Position numbers and translations under genes: made by a program. Positions 1 through 14,992 of a stretch of 64,000 bases of DNA are shown here, piece after piece. Source of the DNA: Eledone cirrhosa (Eukaryota). How positions within the stretch are numbered: position 1 is the first letter of the stretch; each line of letters opens with the position of its first letter. The notes below the pieces were generated by a model that was not told the DNA's origin, made no database searches, and saw only the letters and a list, made by a program, of their open reading frames with translations. The DNA is taken from the NCBI GenBank assembly GCA_964016885.1, contig OZ024744.1, forward strand, positions 75,702,001 to 75,766,000. Reading direction: 5' to 3'.

Positions 1-76
<76 letters not shown>

Positions 77-78
<2 letters not shown>

Positions 79-331
79 GGTGGCTGCCAACTCGTTTTCG
101 AGTACGGCCACTACTTTTTATCCATGTGGGAGAACCCCTACTGATGCGCTGAACGAGTGTGACCTTTTAGTCCAGCCAGCGACTTGAAAACTCTGGTACA
201 AACACTACACTTGTAACAATTATTGACACATAGTGCTGGGCCCATTCTACCCTGTGATGACAAGTGCAGAGAAATCTCCAGATATAAAGCAATGCCTGTG
301 CCGTGAAGCTTTTATAGTGAGCAAAGGCACT
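77..331 (-). mobile_element. 3' part of non-autonomous RTE-derived retroelement, tail merging into (TA)n
   Basis: Near-identical to the copies at 14993, 15673, 17577 and 44101. Contains the segment that encodes the C2H2-like end [15 protein letters not shown] on the minus strand. Confidence 0.7.
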
Positions 332-923
332 ATGTTCTGTATGTCTGTTTGTCTGTGTGCCTGTATGTATGTATGTATATATATACATACATACAGGCAT
401 GCAGACAAACAGACATACAGAATGACGTGAGAAAAAGAGAAAGACAACATGTCTACTTCCGTTACAATGTTTAGATCGCAGATCCCATTCAGTTCAGCCT
501 GAAAATATTTTATACTTCCATCTATTCTTTATTTCTTTATTGTCTGCCACTAGGTTCTCCTGTTTATCTCTAATTGGGAGCTATTTGTTTTCCTTGGTCG
601 TGTCCGTAATTTCTTTAATTGATTGATAAGCTAATCTCGTATTCCTCCTCTCCTCCTCTATTTATTAGGGCTTCAGTCGTATCCCCAATGCTATTTAAGT
701 ACTTCCTTTTGTCACTCTTAGTATGTCTTCTTTACTTCGTCGCTTTTATGGTACTGCTGTTCTTTTATTTCATTTTTTGTTTTCCACAGATAGTATTTTC
801 TTTGCTCAACACCTCATGTGTCAGTCCTCATCCGATTTTGTTACCTTAATATTTAAAATCCCACCAGCATTTTAGCGGCTTCCAAGATATAACCAATTTT
901 CATATACCCCATATATATAAAAA

Positions 924-989
<66 letters not shown>

Positions 990-1038
990 GTAATGATAAG
1001 GAACAGGGATTCAGTGTTGAATCATACCATATTTAAAT

Positions 1039-1132
1039 AACATATCACATATGTTTCTCTATCAATCAGCTCGAGGCAAGATCTATTATAGATCGAACCT
1101 GACTCTGTAATCGAAAGGTCGTCAGATATGTT
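1039..1132 (-). ncRNA. Degenerate type I hammerhead ribozyme (GUG at the cleavage triplet)
   Basis: Minus strand reads AACATAT-CTGACGA-long stem II-GAAA-CATATG-TG-ATATGTT. Stem I is 7 bp, but position 17 is G. Confidence 0.55.
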
Positions 1133-1409
1133 TGGTATATATATTTATTTATTTCATTTTTTTGTTGCTGTTGTTTTTCACAGATAGTCTTTGATCATAA
1201 TTACTTATAGTTGCACATTTAGGTTTTGCTATCTTCCTTTTCTCTATAATGTTCCGTGTATCAATTGTAATCCATATTCTACTCTTATTTCTTCTTACAC
1301 TACCAAGTGTTACTTATGTCGCTTCTTGTAGTCTCTTGAATATTCTCATGAATATCGTTCCACATTTGATGCACATGCTCCCCCACTTTCTCTTAATTTA
1401 CATTTTCAT

Positions 1410-1603
1410 TGTGGATTGGCAGTATCGGTATTGAGTCGGACATCATGCTTTGCAGCATAGAGTTACACCCTTTTACGGACTGAGTTCAAATCCCGCTGAG
1501 GTTAACTTTGCCTTTCATCCTTACGGAGTCGATAAAATAATAAAATAAAGTACCAGTAATGTACTGGTTAATTGGTGGCCTTGTGCCTAAAGTAGAAACA
1601 ATT
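1410..1603 (+). mobile_element. tRNA-derived SINE, family 1
   Basis: A-box-like TGGCAGTATCGG, B-box GAGTTCAAATCCC, body GCCTTTCATCCTTACGG.GTCGATAAAAT, end GTAGAAACAATTAT. About 20 copies in the window. Confidence 0.85.
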
Positions 1604-1849
1604 ATATTTCTTTTTTTTTCTATGCACGTTATGCGTAATTAAACATACATGAACCTCCCACAGTATAATTTAATTCGTTCAACCGAAGAAAACTTTAGTG
1701 AAAGAGGTATACAACCAATTACGTATTCGTTGAAATTATGACTGATGTCTATGTGAAACATTTAGATGTTTCTTCGAAAATTCACTTCTTCAGCCGGTTT
1801 ATACGTTCCCGTAAAGTAATACTATAAATAGCTGTACGCCACGAAAGTT

Positions 1850-2055
<206 letters not shown>

Positions 2056-2304
2056 TAATAAAATAATGAATAAACAAAGAAACAGTTCCTTATATTAAAA
2101 AATTTCATCATTTTACGATCGTTTCTAGGATATATATGTGTTAGAGTTGGACACTACCGTAAACTTTTGGTAGATTTATCTACATATATATATATATATA
2201 TATATATAAAAGCAAAGGGACATTTAATTTGTTGGTAATCCAACAAATATATATATATTAATAATTGATTCGAAGCACTCGACAAGTTTTCTGGAGTATA
2301 ATAT

Positions 2305-2657
2305 CAATGATATTAATAAATGGAAACTATATTTATAAAACCATATTTATTCTATTATATATATTTCAAGGGTACCAAAACTTTGGTACGCTCACATCAG
2401 ATAAAATACAAAGTTTGTTTTATAAATATTGACATATCCAGGAAGAAGATCTTAACGGTTCAAGTTTTTCCTGGATAGAAAACTATCCAGGAAAAACTTG
2501 AACCGTTAAAATCTTCTTCCTGGTTATGACAATATTTAAAAAACGAACTTTGTATTGTATCTGATGTGAGCGTACCAAAGTTTTGGTACCCTTGAAATAT
2601 ATATAATAGAATAAATATGGTTTTATAAATATAGTTTCCATTTATTTAATATCATTG

Positions 2658-2662
<5 letters not shown>
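2305..2662. repeat. Head-to-head inverted duplication (~170-bp arms) of a dispersed hammerhead-family repeat
   Basis: 2305-2478 is the reverse complement of about 2484-2662. The same family occurs at 27040-27295, 28318-28405 and 49500-49720. The core here is mutated (CTGATGT). Confidence 0.8.
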
Positions 2663-2692
<30 letters not shown>

Positions 2693-3089
2693 GCTCTTTT
2701 TACAAAACGTTGTTTTTTTTTCATTTCATGTAGACGCGCTCATCCACTTTTCTAAAAAATAAATCACACACAAAACGCCAGCACCAATAGTTTTGCAAGA
2801 GATGTCAACATGAATGGACCTGTTATTTTTTTTCCAACTCCAACCCGCCCGTCCCTTCAATCTATCTTATTTCTCATTCTTTCTTCTGGCGAAGGACTAG
2901 CGTCCGAAATATTAAGACCCTCTTCCTGCTATATCAAGCGTTAACCTAATATATACCTTCCATATACTGTACTGATTGTGTTGTTGTTTCTGCTTACCTT
3001 TTACATATATATATATATACTGTATATATATATATATATATATACATACTGTATATATACTGTATATATATATATATACTCTATATAAA

Positions 3090-3147
<58 letters not shown>

Positions 3148-3599
3148 GGGTATATATATATTTGTATGTATCCATTATCATCTTCTTCACACAGCTCTAT
3201 CCTCGCCTACTGCCACTATCATTCTGTCCATCCTATTTTAATTCCCCTCTCCTCAATTAACTGCCTCTCCGAGTCTTCCCTTATTTATACTGTGGCTGAT
3301 ATTAATGTTAGTTCTTGTCTGATAACCCTGTGATACATAACTGGTATTTTATTTCATCAAATGTGAAATGATGGGCTCAGATGAAATCATCATCATATTA
3401 ACTTAAACAAAGATACAAGACCACAAATAGGTGTTTGTGTTTGTGTGTATGTATGTGAGTGTGTGTGTATGTGTGTGTGTATGTGTATACCTATACATAG
3501 ATATATGCATGAATATACATAAAACATGTACATACATACATACGTGCAAACGTACATACATTCTTATGTACAATGTGTGTAAGGTAAATATGCGTGTGC

Positions 3600-3707
<108 letters not shown>

Positions 3708-3881
3708 GAAGAACTAAGAAATTAGGGTAAGAATTAGTCAATTTCATCAATACATGTATATGGCCCCTGGACGTACATAGATGTAACGTTTGAGTTAGCG
3801 CGATCTGAACGCAACATTTCCAGAAACACAACCCAGAAATTTAATCATCGCCCTTAAAAGAACCTAATAAAGATTCCTTAA

Positions 3882-4270
3882 CCTTTTAGCATTTAAACTA
3901 GCCATATTCGGCAAGAAATCTCTCATCTCTTTCCGTTCACCTCGGCCATAACCGACCACTCGTATCTATGTTAAGGTATAGTTCTCAAAATAAATAATAT
4001 CAAAATCTCACAGATTCGATATTATGTGAGATAATATGTGAGATAAAGCCTTAACTGCGAAAATACAATAGTATATGTAGGGTAATCTAAATGTTATGTG
4101 AGATATTATGTGAGATAATTGTGTGAGATTAAGCCTTTACTGCGAAAATACAATTCTATATATAGAGTAATGTAAATGCTATGTGAGATATTATGTGGGA
4201 TATTATGTGAGGTAAAGCCTTTACTGCGAAAATACAAAAGTAAATATAGCGTAATGTAAATGATAAAGGG
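3882..4270. mobile_element. piggyBac-like MITE with internal ~80-bp tandem repeats
   Basis: TTAA-CCTTTTAGCATTTA ... TAAATGATAAAGGG-TTAA. About 3 internal copies of GAGATAAAGCCTT.ACTGCGAAAATACAA. Confidence 0.65.
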
Positions 4271-4799
4271 TTAATTTGCCCAAACGGAACACATTAAGAA
4301 AGAAATGAAATATAAATAAGAAAAGAAAAAATGGCAACAAAAAACTAACAAAATGTGGTGAAGGGAATCCAATGACCAATTGTATAGTCTAATATGTGTA
4401 TGTGAAACATGCCACCAATCCATTGTCTGGAAGCTGGAGAGGGAATGATATCTATTTCTTTAGTCACCACCCACTCTTCACTTGGGATACTCCCTTTCGT
4501 TTCGACTGAGCGGCTTTATGTCCGGAGTTCTATTTGCAAATATATATGAATAAAGATAGATAGATATATGCATACAAAGATACAGAGATAGTAAGCAGGG
4601 AGAAAGGTAGAAAAATATAAACAAATTAATTGGTATATATATACATTCGGTATACAAGAATACAATTCACTTCAAGCACACAACGTGATTTTACTTCTTT
4701 AAAACAAGGATGACGGACTATATTTATAAAGAGGAAAAATGCAAAATTGTAGTTGTTAGAGCCTTTAATTAATAACAACTCCTCTTTATATATATATAT

Positions 4800-4850
4800 A
4801 GATTCCTGATGATTTCTAAAGAATGAAACAGTTCTAGTCCTGTAGAATCT
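4800..4850 (+). ncRNA. Type I hammerhead ribozyme (family A)
   Basis: AGATTC-CTGATGA-TTTCTAAAGAAT-GAAA-CAG(TTCTAGTC)CTG-TA-GAATCT. Stem I is AGATTC/GAATCT, predicted cleavage after 4844. Confidence 0.8.
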
Positions 4851-4884
4851 CATCTATATTAAAACTTATATATATATATGTATA

Positions 4885-4967
<83 letters not shown>

Positions 4968-5025
4968 ATGTATGTATATATATTCATACATACACACATT
5001 CAAACACACACATATATATACACAC

Positions 5026-5056
<31 letters not shown>

Positions 5057-5456
5057 AAGAATGAGAGAGAGAGGGGAGGGAGAAAAAGAGTCGAGCCATA
5101 TCGATACAGGTCGAACCTTGAGCTGATCAATAGTGAAACGCGCGTCACTACTCAATAAACATAATAAAGGCATAACAAATCGTCTTTTTATTATATATAT
5201 ATATATATCAATGATATTAATAAATGGAAACTATATTTATAAAACCATATTTATTCTAAAGTAAAGGAATGTTTCTCTTTGTTGAATATAAGTCACCAAT
5301 TTGGTTGAAGATGTAAATTCCAATTTAGCTGAGAAGTATATTTCAGAAGTTGTAATGTTGCCACGAGGAACCAGGTTTGGTAGAAAGATATAATAGGAAT
5401 ATCGAAAATGTTACAAATATTTTTGTTGAATTACCAACAAATTAAATATCCCTTTG

Positions 5457-5521
<65 letters not shown>

Positions 5522-5914
5522 GTAATGATGCCTATTCACAATATATATACAGGTATGATGCCTATTCACAAAATTTCAGCAAATTTCAATGATATTAAGA
5601 CACCCTAATGGGGGTTAAACCCCCTGTCCAAACCACATTTTAATGGGAACTGGGAATACCCCCGCTCCTGGGTATTACCGGGTACCTCAGCTAGTATATA
5701 TATATATATAAGTATGTATACATATATGTATACGTACATACATATATGTATACAGACGTATATATATATATATACATACATGCATACATGTATATATGTA
5801 TATATATAATTACTACTGTACGTCTGTATACATATATGTATGTACGTATACATACTTATATTTAAGTAACAGCCGTACTAAGAGTGAGAAATGAAATTTC
5901 GTTTCATTTTTTAC

Positions 5915-6017
<103 letters not shown>

Positions 6018-6018
6018 A

Positions 6019-6059
<41 letters not shown>

Positions 6060-6078
6060 CATAAAAATATATATATAC

Positions 6079-6111
<33 letters not shown>

Positions 6112-6645
6112 CATTTTCCTATTACCCACTCTACTACCCTAAGTATTGAGTACTCGTACTCTGGTGCGTTATGGTCCATCTGGTTCCTTACCACAACTCC
6201 TTCGTTATATATATATATATATATATATATAAATATAAATATGATACTGAAACGAAGCTGTCGAGTAGGACCGATACATCTTCGATCGTTTTACCTCTCA
6301 CTCAAAAATTTAATTAAGTCAAGATCATTAAGACACCGACCCAAAATTAGAGTGGACACTTATGCATATATGTGTATTTGTATTTCTGTATTTATCGCTG
6401 TTGTGGTATAAGTATGGCCTCAGCCTTCGGTAGTTTTTCTTGGTGTCACTCTTTTAACTGTTGTGTTTATTCGGGTTGATAACGTATTATTCCATTGAGT
6501 GTTTTGTGATTGTATCAATCAATTAGAATAGTACCCGCTGTATGTCAGCTACAACATTGATTTATGTCCAATATTATATATATATATATGTGTTTGTGTG
6601 TGTGTGTATGTGTATGCGTATGTGTATGTGTAAATGTTTCTACTT

Positions 6646-6820
6646 TTGGCACAAGACCAGCAATTATTCCAGAGCATTACTGGTAATTTATTTTATCGAC
6701 CACGTAACGATGATAGGCAAAGCTAACCTGGGTGGGATTTGAACTCAGATCATAAATGGCCGTAACTCCGTGCTGCAAAGCATGAGGTGCTACTTTCTAC
6801 TGATACTGCCAATCCACCGC
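6646..6820 (-). mobile_element. tRNA-derived SINE, family 1 (diverged)
   Basis: Reverse-complement match to the SINE consensus (GGGATTTGAACTCAG, GATACTGCCAATCCACCG). Confidence 0.8.
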
Positions 6821-6901
6821 CATCCATAGACATTATATATATATATATATATGTGTGTATATATATATATATATATAATAGATAAGGCTAAGTAGTGAGT
6901 T

Positions 6902-6948
6902 TTGTTACGTTGTTGTTTCACCTGCGCATTCACAGGATCATCAGACAA
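6902..6948 (-). ncRNA. Type I hammerhead ribozyme (family B)
   Basis: Minus strand: TTGT-CTGATGA-T-CCTGTG(AATG)CGCAGG-T-GAAA-C(AACAAC)G-TA-ACAA. Confidence 0.8.
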
Positions 6949-7648
6949 GATGATCCTGGGAATGGACGGACGAAAGAAGAGAGTACTCAATGCGACGTAG
7001 AGTTTAGATATTCATTCAATCTTGTTTGATGATCTTTTGAGTGTGTAGATGAAAGTCCAAAGTAACAAATCTCACTACTTAGCCTTAGTCATTAAAAAAA
7101 AAATATATATATATATATAACGAAGGAAATGTGGTAAGGAGCTAGGTGGACCATAACGCACCAAAGTACTCAATACTTGGGGTAGTAGAGTGGGTAATAA
7201 GAACAAGTAGGACCCCGACGGCTGAGCTCAAGCCGTTTCGACGGCTAATTCTGGACTAAAAAAAAGTCCAGAATTAGCCGTCGAAACGGCTTGAGCTCAG
7301 CCGTCGGGGTCCTACTCGTTCCTATTATATATATATATATATATATATGTGAAAAAATGGGGAGAAGAATACTGCATGGTTGCACATGGATAACATGTTA
7401 TAAAATGAGTCCCTCATCAGTGATTTACCAACGGTCATAGGTATTTCATTGCATTAAAAATCATATACCTCACGTTGGCGCAATAATAACTAAAATAAGT
7501 TATTAGGACAATTAAAACGCGTAAAGCGAGTGAGACAAGTAAACAACGCAGAGGAAAGCTATAAATTAGCGAGAATCGTATTTCGGCTTAGGAATTAACG
7601 AAAAACACTTCAACAGCATTCTATTAAAAGTTTGTATACAATTTTTTG

Positions 7649-7679
<31 letters not shown>

Positions 7680-7954
7680 TGTGATACAGATGTGAGAAAA
7701 ACCACAGACCCTCCATCTCAACTCTACTTTTGAAAAGCAGAAGAACTGCGAAACCGGTAAAGGAACTAAATAAATATATATATATTTTTTTAAGTAAGAC
7801 TCCATTTGCATTTTCGATTCATCTTTTTTTCTTTATACTTTCACTCGTATAGGACACCTCGGTTATTTTTCATTTTGTAAAAAAAACCTCACTTTCTAAT
7901 AATACATATATATATATATATGAATTATACACACACACACGGGACCACCCATGT

Positions 7955-8037
7955 AAATCTGAAGAAGTGTCGGTTAGAGTCGGGATCCGATCACCTGATC
8001 AAACCCGATCTGATCGATATAGAAACAATTGTAATAT
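7955..8037 (+). ncRNA. Type I hammerhead ribozyme with long stem II (family C)
   Basis: CTGAAGA (7959) - GTGTCGGTTAGAGTCGGG...CCCGATCTGATCGATAT - GAAA-CAATTG-TA. Stem I is weak. Confidence 0.6.
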
Positions 8038-8520
8038 GAAATAAAATTTCACAAAAAGCTGCAATTCTTATTGTCACTGTCTCTTTCTCTCTCTAGATAT
8101 ATTATAAACACTCACCCATGAATATTTACACACTGCCACTTTTTCCACATATTGAATGGTTACTCAATACTTATAGATAGAGCGTAGTAATATAGTTTCT
8201 ATGTAGGGAAGTGACTGTGACTTCGAAGTTTCGGGTTGGTCGCTTTATCTGGTGAAGTCACTACCACTTTTCTTCTAAGAATGTGTGTGTGTGTGTGTGC
8301 GTTTGTATATGTGTGTGTTTGTGTATGTGTGTGTATGTGTGTGCGTTTGTTCGTGTGTTTGTACGTATATATGTGTGTATGTCTGCGTGCTATTTTGTCT
8401 GTATGTGTCTGTGCGTGCAAGGCAATTCATACATAAATACGTAGTCAAACTGCCAAACTCATTTTTTTTTCTTTTTTTTTCTCCCCCTTTCTCTTGTTCT
8501 TACTTCTTCCCTCCATCACC

Positions 8521-8663
<143 letters not shown>

Positions 8664-9159
8664 TATCTATCTATCTATCTCTCTCTCTTGCCCTCTCTAT
8701 ATATATCGTTCACACGTACGCACGCACACACAGACATACGTACAATACACAGCTACATACAAACACACAACTACATTATCGCACACAAAACACACCCTAA
8801 TGTCCAACTAGAAATAAGCAGTAAAATATAAATGAATAAAAAAAAAAATGTTTTATTGAATTGAGGAGGAATATGGAGTTGGACAAGGGAGGGAGGGAGA
8901 GAATAATGGTGGGGTTACAATCTGTTACTCTGGGGGTAACACATGATACTCTGATTGATGAGAGGGTAACCACAGTCGATGACCTTTAACCCACGGCTGA
9001 GCATACAAATCGATGCAGTCTCGCTTGTGTTTGAACTGTGTACCGAGAATCGATATCTATGTTTGTGTTTGTGAACGAATGTTTGGTGTGCGTGTGTATG
9101 TGTGTATGTGTGAATGGAAATGTCTTTAAGTGGATATATATATGCATGTATGTAGATGC

Positions 9160-9244
<85 letters not shown>

Positions 9245-9412
9245 CATATATATATATATAAATATATATGCGTATATGAGTGTGTGTTTTTATGTGCTGT
9301 ACGAATATGCATATACATGTATGTGTTTACAGAATGGATAGAAGTGATTAATTGTGCCGCCTTTGCATGTATGTACCTATGTATACATATGTACATATGT
9401 ATACATACGTAC

Positions 9413-9443
<31 letters not shown>

Positions 9444-9555
9444 TGTATCTATGTATGTATGTATGTATGTATGTATGTATGTATGTATGTATGTATGTAT
9501 GCATGCGTGCGTGTGTATGTATGTGTATGTATATATGGGTATGTATATATATATG

Positions 9556-9610
<55 letters not shown>

Positions 9611-9869
9611 ATGTGTTAATGTATGTATGTATGAATGTATGTATTTATGTATATATGTATGTATATATTTATGTATGTATATGTGCGTGTTAGTGTGTGT
9701 GTAAGTGAGTGAGATTGAGAGAGAGAGATAGAATTTTCGGTATAGCAATATTGGTTTGAAAATAAGCTAAGAGGCATATATAAATATTATGACTGATGAG
9801 AATAAGTTATGTATTTTGGGTTAATTAAAAACATAATTGATGAAGAACAGAAAGATCACTATACATAAA

Positions 9870-9904
<35 letters not shown>

Positions 9905-10430
9905 GGAGAGTAAGTGACTTGAATTTAGAAAGGTAGGTATCTATGAATATATTGTTTACAGAATGTTGACTTGAAGCTAGAAACGTATCTATGAATACAC
10001 CATAGAGTTATGGCCATTTATGATCTGAGTTCAAATCACACCGAGGTTAACTTAACCTTTGATCCTTACGGGGTAGATAAAATAAAGTACCATTAACGTA
10101 CTGGGGTCGATTTAATCGACTTACCCAACCCCCACAATTGCTGGCCTTGTGTATAAATGAGAGACCATTATTATGTTTAAAGTGAGATACCAGCAGAATG
10201 TTGCTGTATAAATAGCGTAACCTGTATTGATACGAGGTGGAAAGACGTAATGTTGTTCATATTAACTACTTAATTATTAAACCATTCATTCAAGTGATGA
10301 TATAATCCGCTAATGATGATATATTTTAAAGATCATTGGCGTCTAGATAGGGATCTACTATGATGCTAAACATAAAGTTATTTTCAGCTCTGAATCCGTA
10401 ATATTGTGTGTCAATTCTCTATGTCTACAT

Positions 10431-10720
10431 CAGTCAAGGGCAATCTGCGACCCGCGAAGCTTTCTGAATGGCTCGCCTAAGTCACCAAAGTGAAATCTTT
10501 CTGGGTTTTTTACTCCAACTTTTCAATCGTAATTTATCTTTCTATCATTTTTACGATCGAGGAAAATAACGTGTACGAATTCTGAAGAAACAAATCAAAA
10601 CAACCTGAGTTACCACCCCTTTTTTAATGTCGACACGAATGTAAATTAGCGCTTGCGGCCTGCCTGATGATGAGCTATATCTCATGTGGCCCACTTCTCG
10701 AAAAAGATTGCCCATACTTG
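10431..10720. mobile_element. hAT-type MITE
   Basis: Imperfect TIRs CAGTCAAGGGCAATCT / AGATTGCCCATACTTG, with an exact 8-bp TSD GTCTACAT at 10423-10430 and 10721-10728. Confidence 0.8.
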
Positions 10721-11177
10721 GTCTACATCATATAAGGATTTTTTACTCAGCCGTCGGGGTCCTGACTCTTTTCCTATTACCCGCTCTACTACCCTAAGTA
10801 TCGAGTACTCTGGTGCGTTATGGTCCACCTGGTTCCTTACCACACTTTCTTTGTCATATATATATATATATATGTACATGACTTCCCAGACCACTGACCA
10901 CTCCCCGTGACAGACAAGAAAAACAAGAAACTTTTATGATTTTTTGCTTAAATGTTTTGCTTTTTTTTTGGTGGGGGGGGGGGGGGGCGACTACATGCCC
11001 ATATAAGGACTGCTAGTGTATATAGTAATAATAATTATGAAGACTAAAATCCTAAGAGGGCTCGATAAGGATGATATTTAAAACATATATATATAAAACC
11101 TATACAGCAAATAAGTTCAGAAGATCCCGGTAAAAGGATGAAAGCAGCGATTATTTGCTTAAACTTTAATCTGTACA

Positions 11178-11215
<38 letters not shown>

Positions 11216-11532
11216 GTACACACCAGTATTAAAACGGCGGGAATCTAGCTGAATAAATCAAGGACTACGGAAATTGAACGAAAACTGTGTTACACTGTCT
11301 TATTTAATCAGTGACGTAATCCATGATTAAAAAAGACGATATTATATATAAACTGCATTAGGAGAAAATTAGTGACGGAAAATTAGTATGTTTATTTAAG
11401 CGATCGCCACTGGAAATGTTGACATTTCAGAAATTTTAAAGAAGTGAATCTTTAAATAAATAAAATATATTTAATGAACAGCCACGAAATTTAGTAGATA
11501 AATTATGTAATATTCATTCATTATTTATTCAA

Positions 11533-11920
11533 AGCGGTGGATTGGTAGTATCAGTAGAGGGTCGGACGCCATGCTTTCCAGCATAGTTACGTCCCTTTAC
11601 GATCTGAGTTCAAATCCCGCCGAGGTTGACTTTGCCTTTCATCCTTACGGGGTCGATAAAATAAAGTACCAGTAATGCACTGGATAATTGCTGGCCTTGT
11701 GCCTAAAGTAGAAACAATTATTTATTCAAAGTGGGTGGATTGGCAGTATCTGTGGAGGGTCGGACGCCATGCTTTCCAGCATAGTTACGTCTCTTTACGA
11801 TCTGAGTTCAAATCCAACCGAGGTGACTTTGCCTTTCATCCTTACGGGGTCGATAAAATAAAGTACCAGTAATGCACTGAGTAATTGCTGGCCTTGTGCC
11901 TAAAGTAGAAACAATTATTT
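11533..11920 (+). mobile_element. Tandem dimer of SINE family 1
   Basis: Two ~197-bp near-identical copies, each preceded by ATTATTTATTCAAAG. Confidence 0.85.
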
Positions 11921-12765
11921 ATTCAAAGTAATCCAACTTATTTTACAAATGGGATATAAAAAAAAAACGTACGCAATCCCGCAGACCTTCCTTTATTATA
12001 GTTTATATATATATATGTGTGTGTGTGTGTGTCTGTGTGTGTGTGTGTGTCTGTGGGTCTGTGTTTCATATGCTGACACAGCTGTAATTCAGTTTCAGCT
12101 TATTTCCATTTGTACTCAGGTGGGTTACCACAACAGTTATATAAGTCATATATTCAATCTGGGCTTAGACGATTCAGTTTTTTGCAAAGACTCAAGATCG
12201 TTGAAACTTCAAATACCCAGTATCGAGTACTGGGTATTTTAGCACAGAATATCTAAAGAATTCATATAACAACACTGCAAATATTTAAAAACGGAAAAAT
12301 GAAGGGAAAGGCAAGATCACAGAAGAATGGGAGAGGGAAGAGGGGCGGGTGGACTCTAGGCCTAAGGTGCGGTGGTGTTGGGGCTACGCCCGGCGTGCAA
12401 GACCTCAAAAGCACTCTGAGTCGTTAGATTCAACCCAGGCTAAGAGTCCTTCTATAAGCAAAACGACAAACAGAGATATACACTACAATGATAAAACATC
12501 AATGCCAACAACGATGGACAGGCTAATATAATTATTACAGTTAGCAGCAAGGGACAGATACCAACACTTTGTTACCACCTTACAAGGGATTTGGGACGAT
12601 GCGATTCAGTGGTCCCGAAATATTTACATTAATGTATTTGTTTTGCAAAATGCTTGATGAGAAATCGTGTGTTGAGACAGATATTGCTATATTTGATGAT
12701 GCTCATTTTGGCAATAAAAACACACGCACTATTTGAGTTTCACACTATTATTATTAGTTATTAAC

Positions 12766-13220
12766 GATGGATTGACAGTATCGGTAGAGCGTCAGATACT
12801 ATGCCTTGCAGCATAGAGTTACGACCCCTTGCGTACTGCGTTCAAATCCCGCCGAGGGTAGCTTTGCCTTTCATCCTCTCGGGGTCGATGAAATGAAGTA
12901 CCAGTCATGTACTGGGGTCGATGTAACGACCTTTCCCCTCTCCAAAAATTGTTATCCTTGTGCCTATAGTAGAAATCATTATTATTAGTTATTGATTAAG
13001 GACTTTAAATTGGCAGAATCGTTAGAGTGTCGGAGAAAATGCTTTGCGGCATTTATTCCAGATCTTTACGTCTTGAGTTCAAATCCCACCAATGTCTACT
13101 TTGCATTTCATCCTTTCTGGGTCGTTAAAATAAAGTACCTGTCATGTACTGGGTTCGATGTAATGACCTTTGCCCTCCCCACAAAGTGTTAGCTTTGTGC
13201 CTAAATTAGAAATCATTATT
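12766..13220 (+). mobile_element. Two diverged SINE family 1-related copies
   Basis: B-box GTTCAAATCCC and body motif at about 12840 and 13078. Confidence 0.75.
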
Positions 13221-13626
13221 AGATATCGGTTAGTTATATTGTTAAAGCTCGTTCGTCACACATTCTGTGACCTCCTCAATGACTATTTATTTTTGTGTCT
13301 TTTCTTTTTGGTCTTATTCCGTTCATTCCATCTCAGCTAAGACAGCTAAATTAAATTAAATTAAAATATACACAAGATAAATGACAACAGGTGTCGCTGA
13401 CCATTGTCCACCTGAATGCTTTTGCGGTCTTGTCCGCTGGACGCAGCCCAACACCGTCGTGTCATAGGCCGAGAGCCCATCAACCTTCCCCTCTCCCCTC
13501 CCCATTCTTCTGTGACCCTAGAATCCTTGCATTTCCCTTCCTTTTCCGTTTTTAATTATTAATAAAGATTTGTACTAGTTTAATAAAGAAAAAAATATTA
13601 ATTGTTTTTAAAAAAAAAATGAAATA

Positions 13627-13809
13627 CAGTGAAATTCCGTTATAACGGAATTCACGGGGTATAAACAATTCGTTGTAACGAAAAATTCTTTATAACGAGA
13701 CCGACCGAAACAAATCAAAAGTTTGTTTGTTATTACCTCAGGGATTGAAAAAATTCGTTATAATGAAAAATCCGTTATAATGGTATTCGTTATAACGGAA
13801 TTTTACCTG
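13627..13809. mobile_element. Tc1/mariner-pogo type MITE
   Basis: TA-CAGTGAAATTCCGTTATAACG ... CGTTATAACGGAATTTTACCTG-TA, with internal TTCGTTATAAC repeats. Confidence 0.75.
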
Positions 13810-14122
13810 TAAAATTAAAATGCTGATTAGATGGCTTGCCAGATATCTCCAAACAGACTATTGCAGTTTCAACGGAAACAATTGAACTTCTGTAAAAGTA
13901 ATTTCAGCTGAGGATGAAGTCGATATGGAATAGAAAAGATGTGTCCGATAGGCAAGAAGCATGAATAGAAAGTCTTAAAAACTGTTCCAAGAAGCTTGTT
14001 GAAGAAAATCAATAAGAAATTGGTGACACGATATTGGAAATAGTCTCAAAGAAAATGGTAAACTCCCAAGACTCAGACTTCATAACAGAACATTTTCCTT
14101 GTAGGATTTGATAATTAGAGTA

Positions 14123-14292
14123 CCGTATTTCCTTGCGTCGAAGACGCTACTTTTTCCCTAAAATAAGTCTAAAAAATCTACCATGCGTCCTGGAGGCCGA
14201 AGGTTGCTTATTATTTTTTTTTTTCAAATTTTTGTTGTCAAAATTAGGGTGCGTCCTCGAGGACGAAGCGTCTTCGGTGCCGGGAAATACGG
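14123..14292. mobile_element. Tc2/pogo-like MITE
   Basis: TA-CCGTATTTCCTTGCGTCGAAGACGC ... GCGTCTTCGGTGCCGGGAAATACGG-TA. Confidence 0.75.
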
Positions 14293-14359
14293 TACTTGGA
14301 AAATCCGGCAACTAAAATATACATTCTGGTTCATTCTTATTATTAATAAAACGACAAAG

Positions 14360-14750
14360 GGTGGTGGATTGGCAGTATCATTAGAGCGTCGCACAACATG
14401 ATTTGTAGCATAGAGTTACGTCTCTTTACGTTCCGAGTTCAAATTCCGTTGAGAATAGCTGTACATTTCATCCTTACAGGATCGAAAAATAAGCACCAGT
14501 AATGCATTGGGATCGATTTAATCGACTTCCTCCTCCCACAAAATTGCTAGCCTTGTGCCTAAATTATAAACCATTATCCGACGCCATGCTTTACAGAATA
14601 GTTATGTCCCTTTTATGTTCTGAGTTGAAATCCCGTGAAGGTTAACTTTACCTTTCATCTTTACGGGGTCGATAAAATAAAGTACCAGTAATGCACTGGA
14701 TAATTGCTGGCGTTGTGTCAAAAGTGCTAAAAGTAGAAACAATTATTATT
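14360..14750 (+). mobile_element. Two SINE family 1 copies (second 5'-truncated)
   Basis: Consensus B-box, body and tail motifs. Confidence 0.75.
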
Positions 14751-14992
14751 AGAACAACAGGATATATTTCAACCCACCTGCACCAAAATATGGGATTATT
14801 GGAGAAAAATGCAGTTCCTTAATTCATAAGCTTCAGATGGTCAGGATACCTGGATCTATAAAAGTCTGTAAGTTCTTGAAATTTACAATTGCACAAAGGG
14901 CGGCAGAGAGACTCTTTTGAATACAACTTGACAATAAGCAGGTGGCCGATTAAATTATAGATAAAATACATACATACATACATACTAGATAC

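Noticed and set aside
1735-1800. Overlapping hammerhead-like strings on both strands
   Set aside because: The plus-strand core is CTGATGT, and the minus-strand core has no pairing stem I.
6936-7000. Possible terminal exon after CACAG
   Set aside because: Better explained as the antisense of hammerhead family B inside an inverted-repeat element.
10660-10690. CTGATGA followed by a hairpin; similar isolated cores at about 7413, 9793, 22742 and 31503
   Set aside because: No correctly placed GAAA/UH together with a closing stem I.
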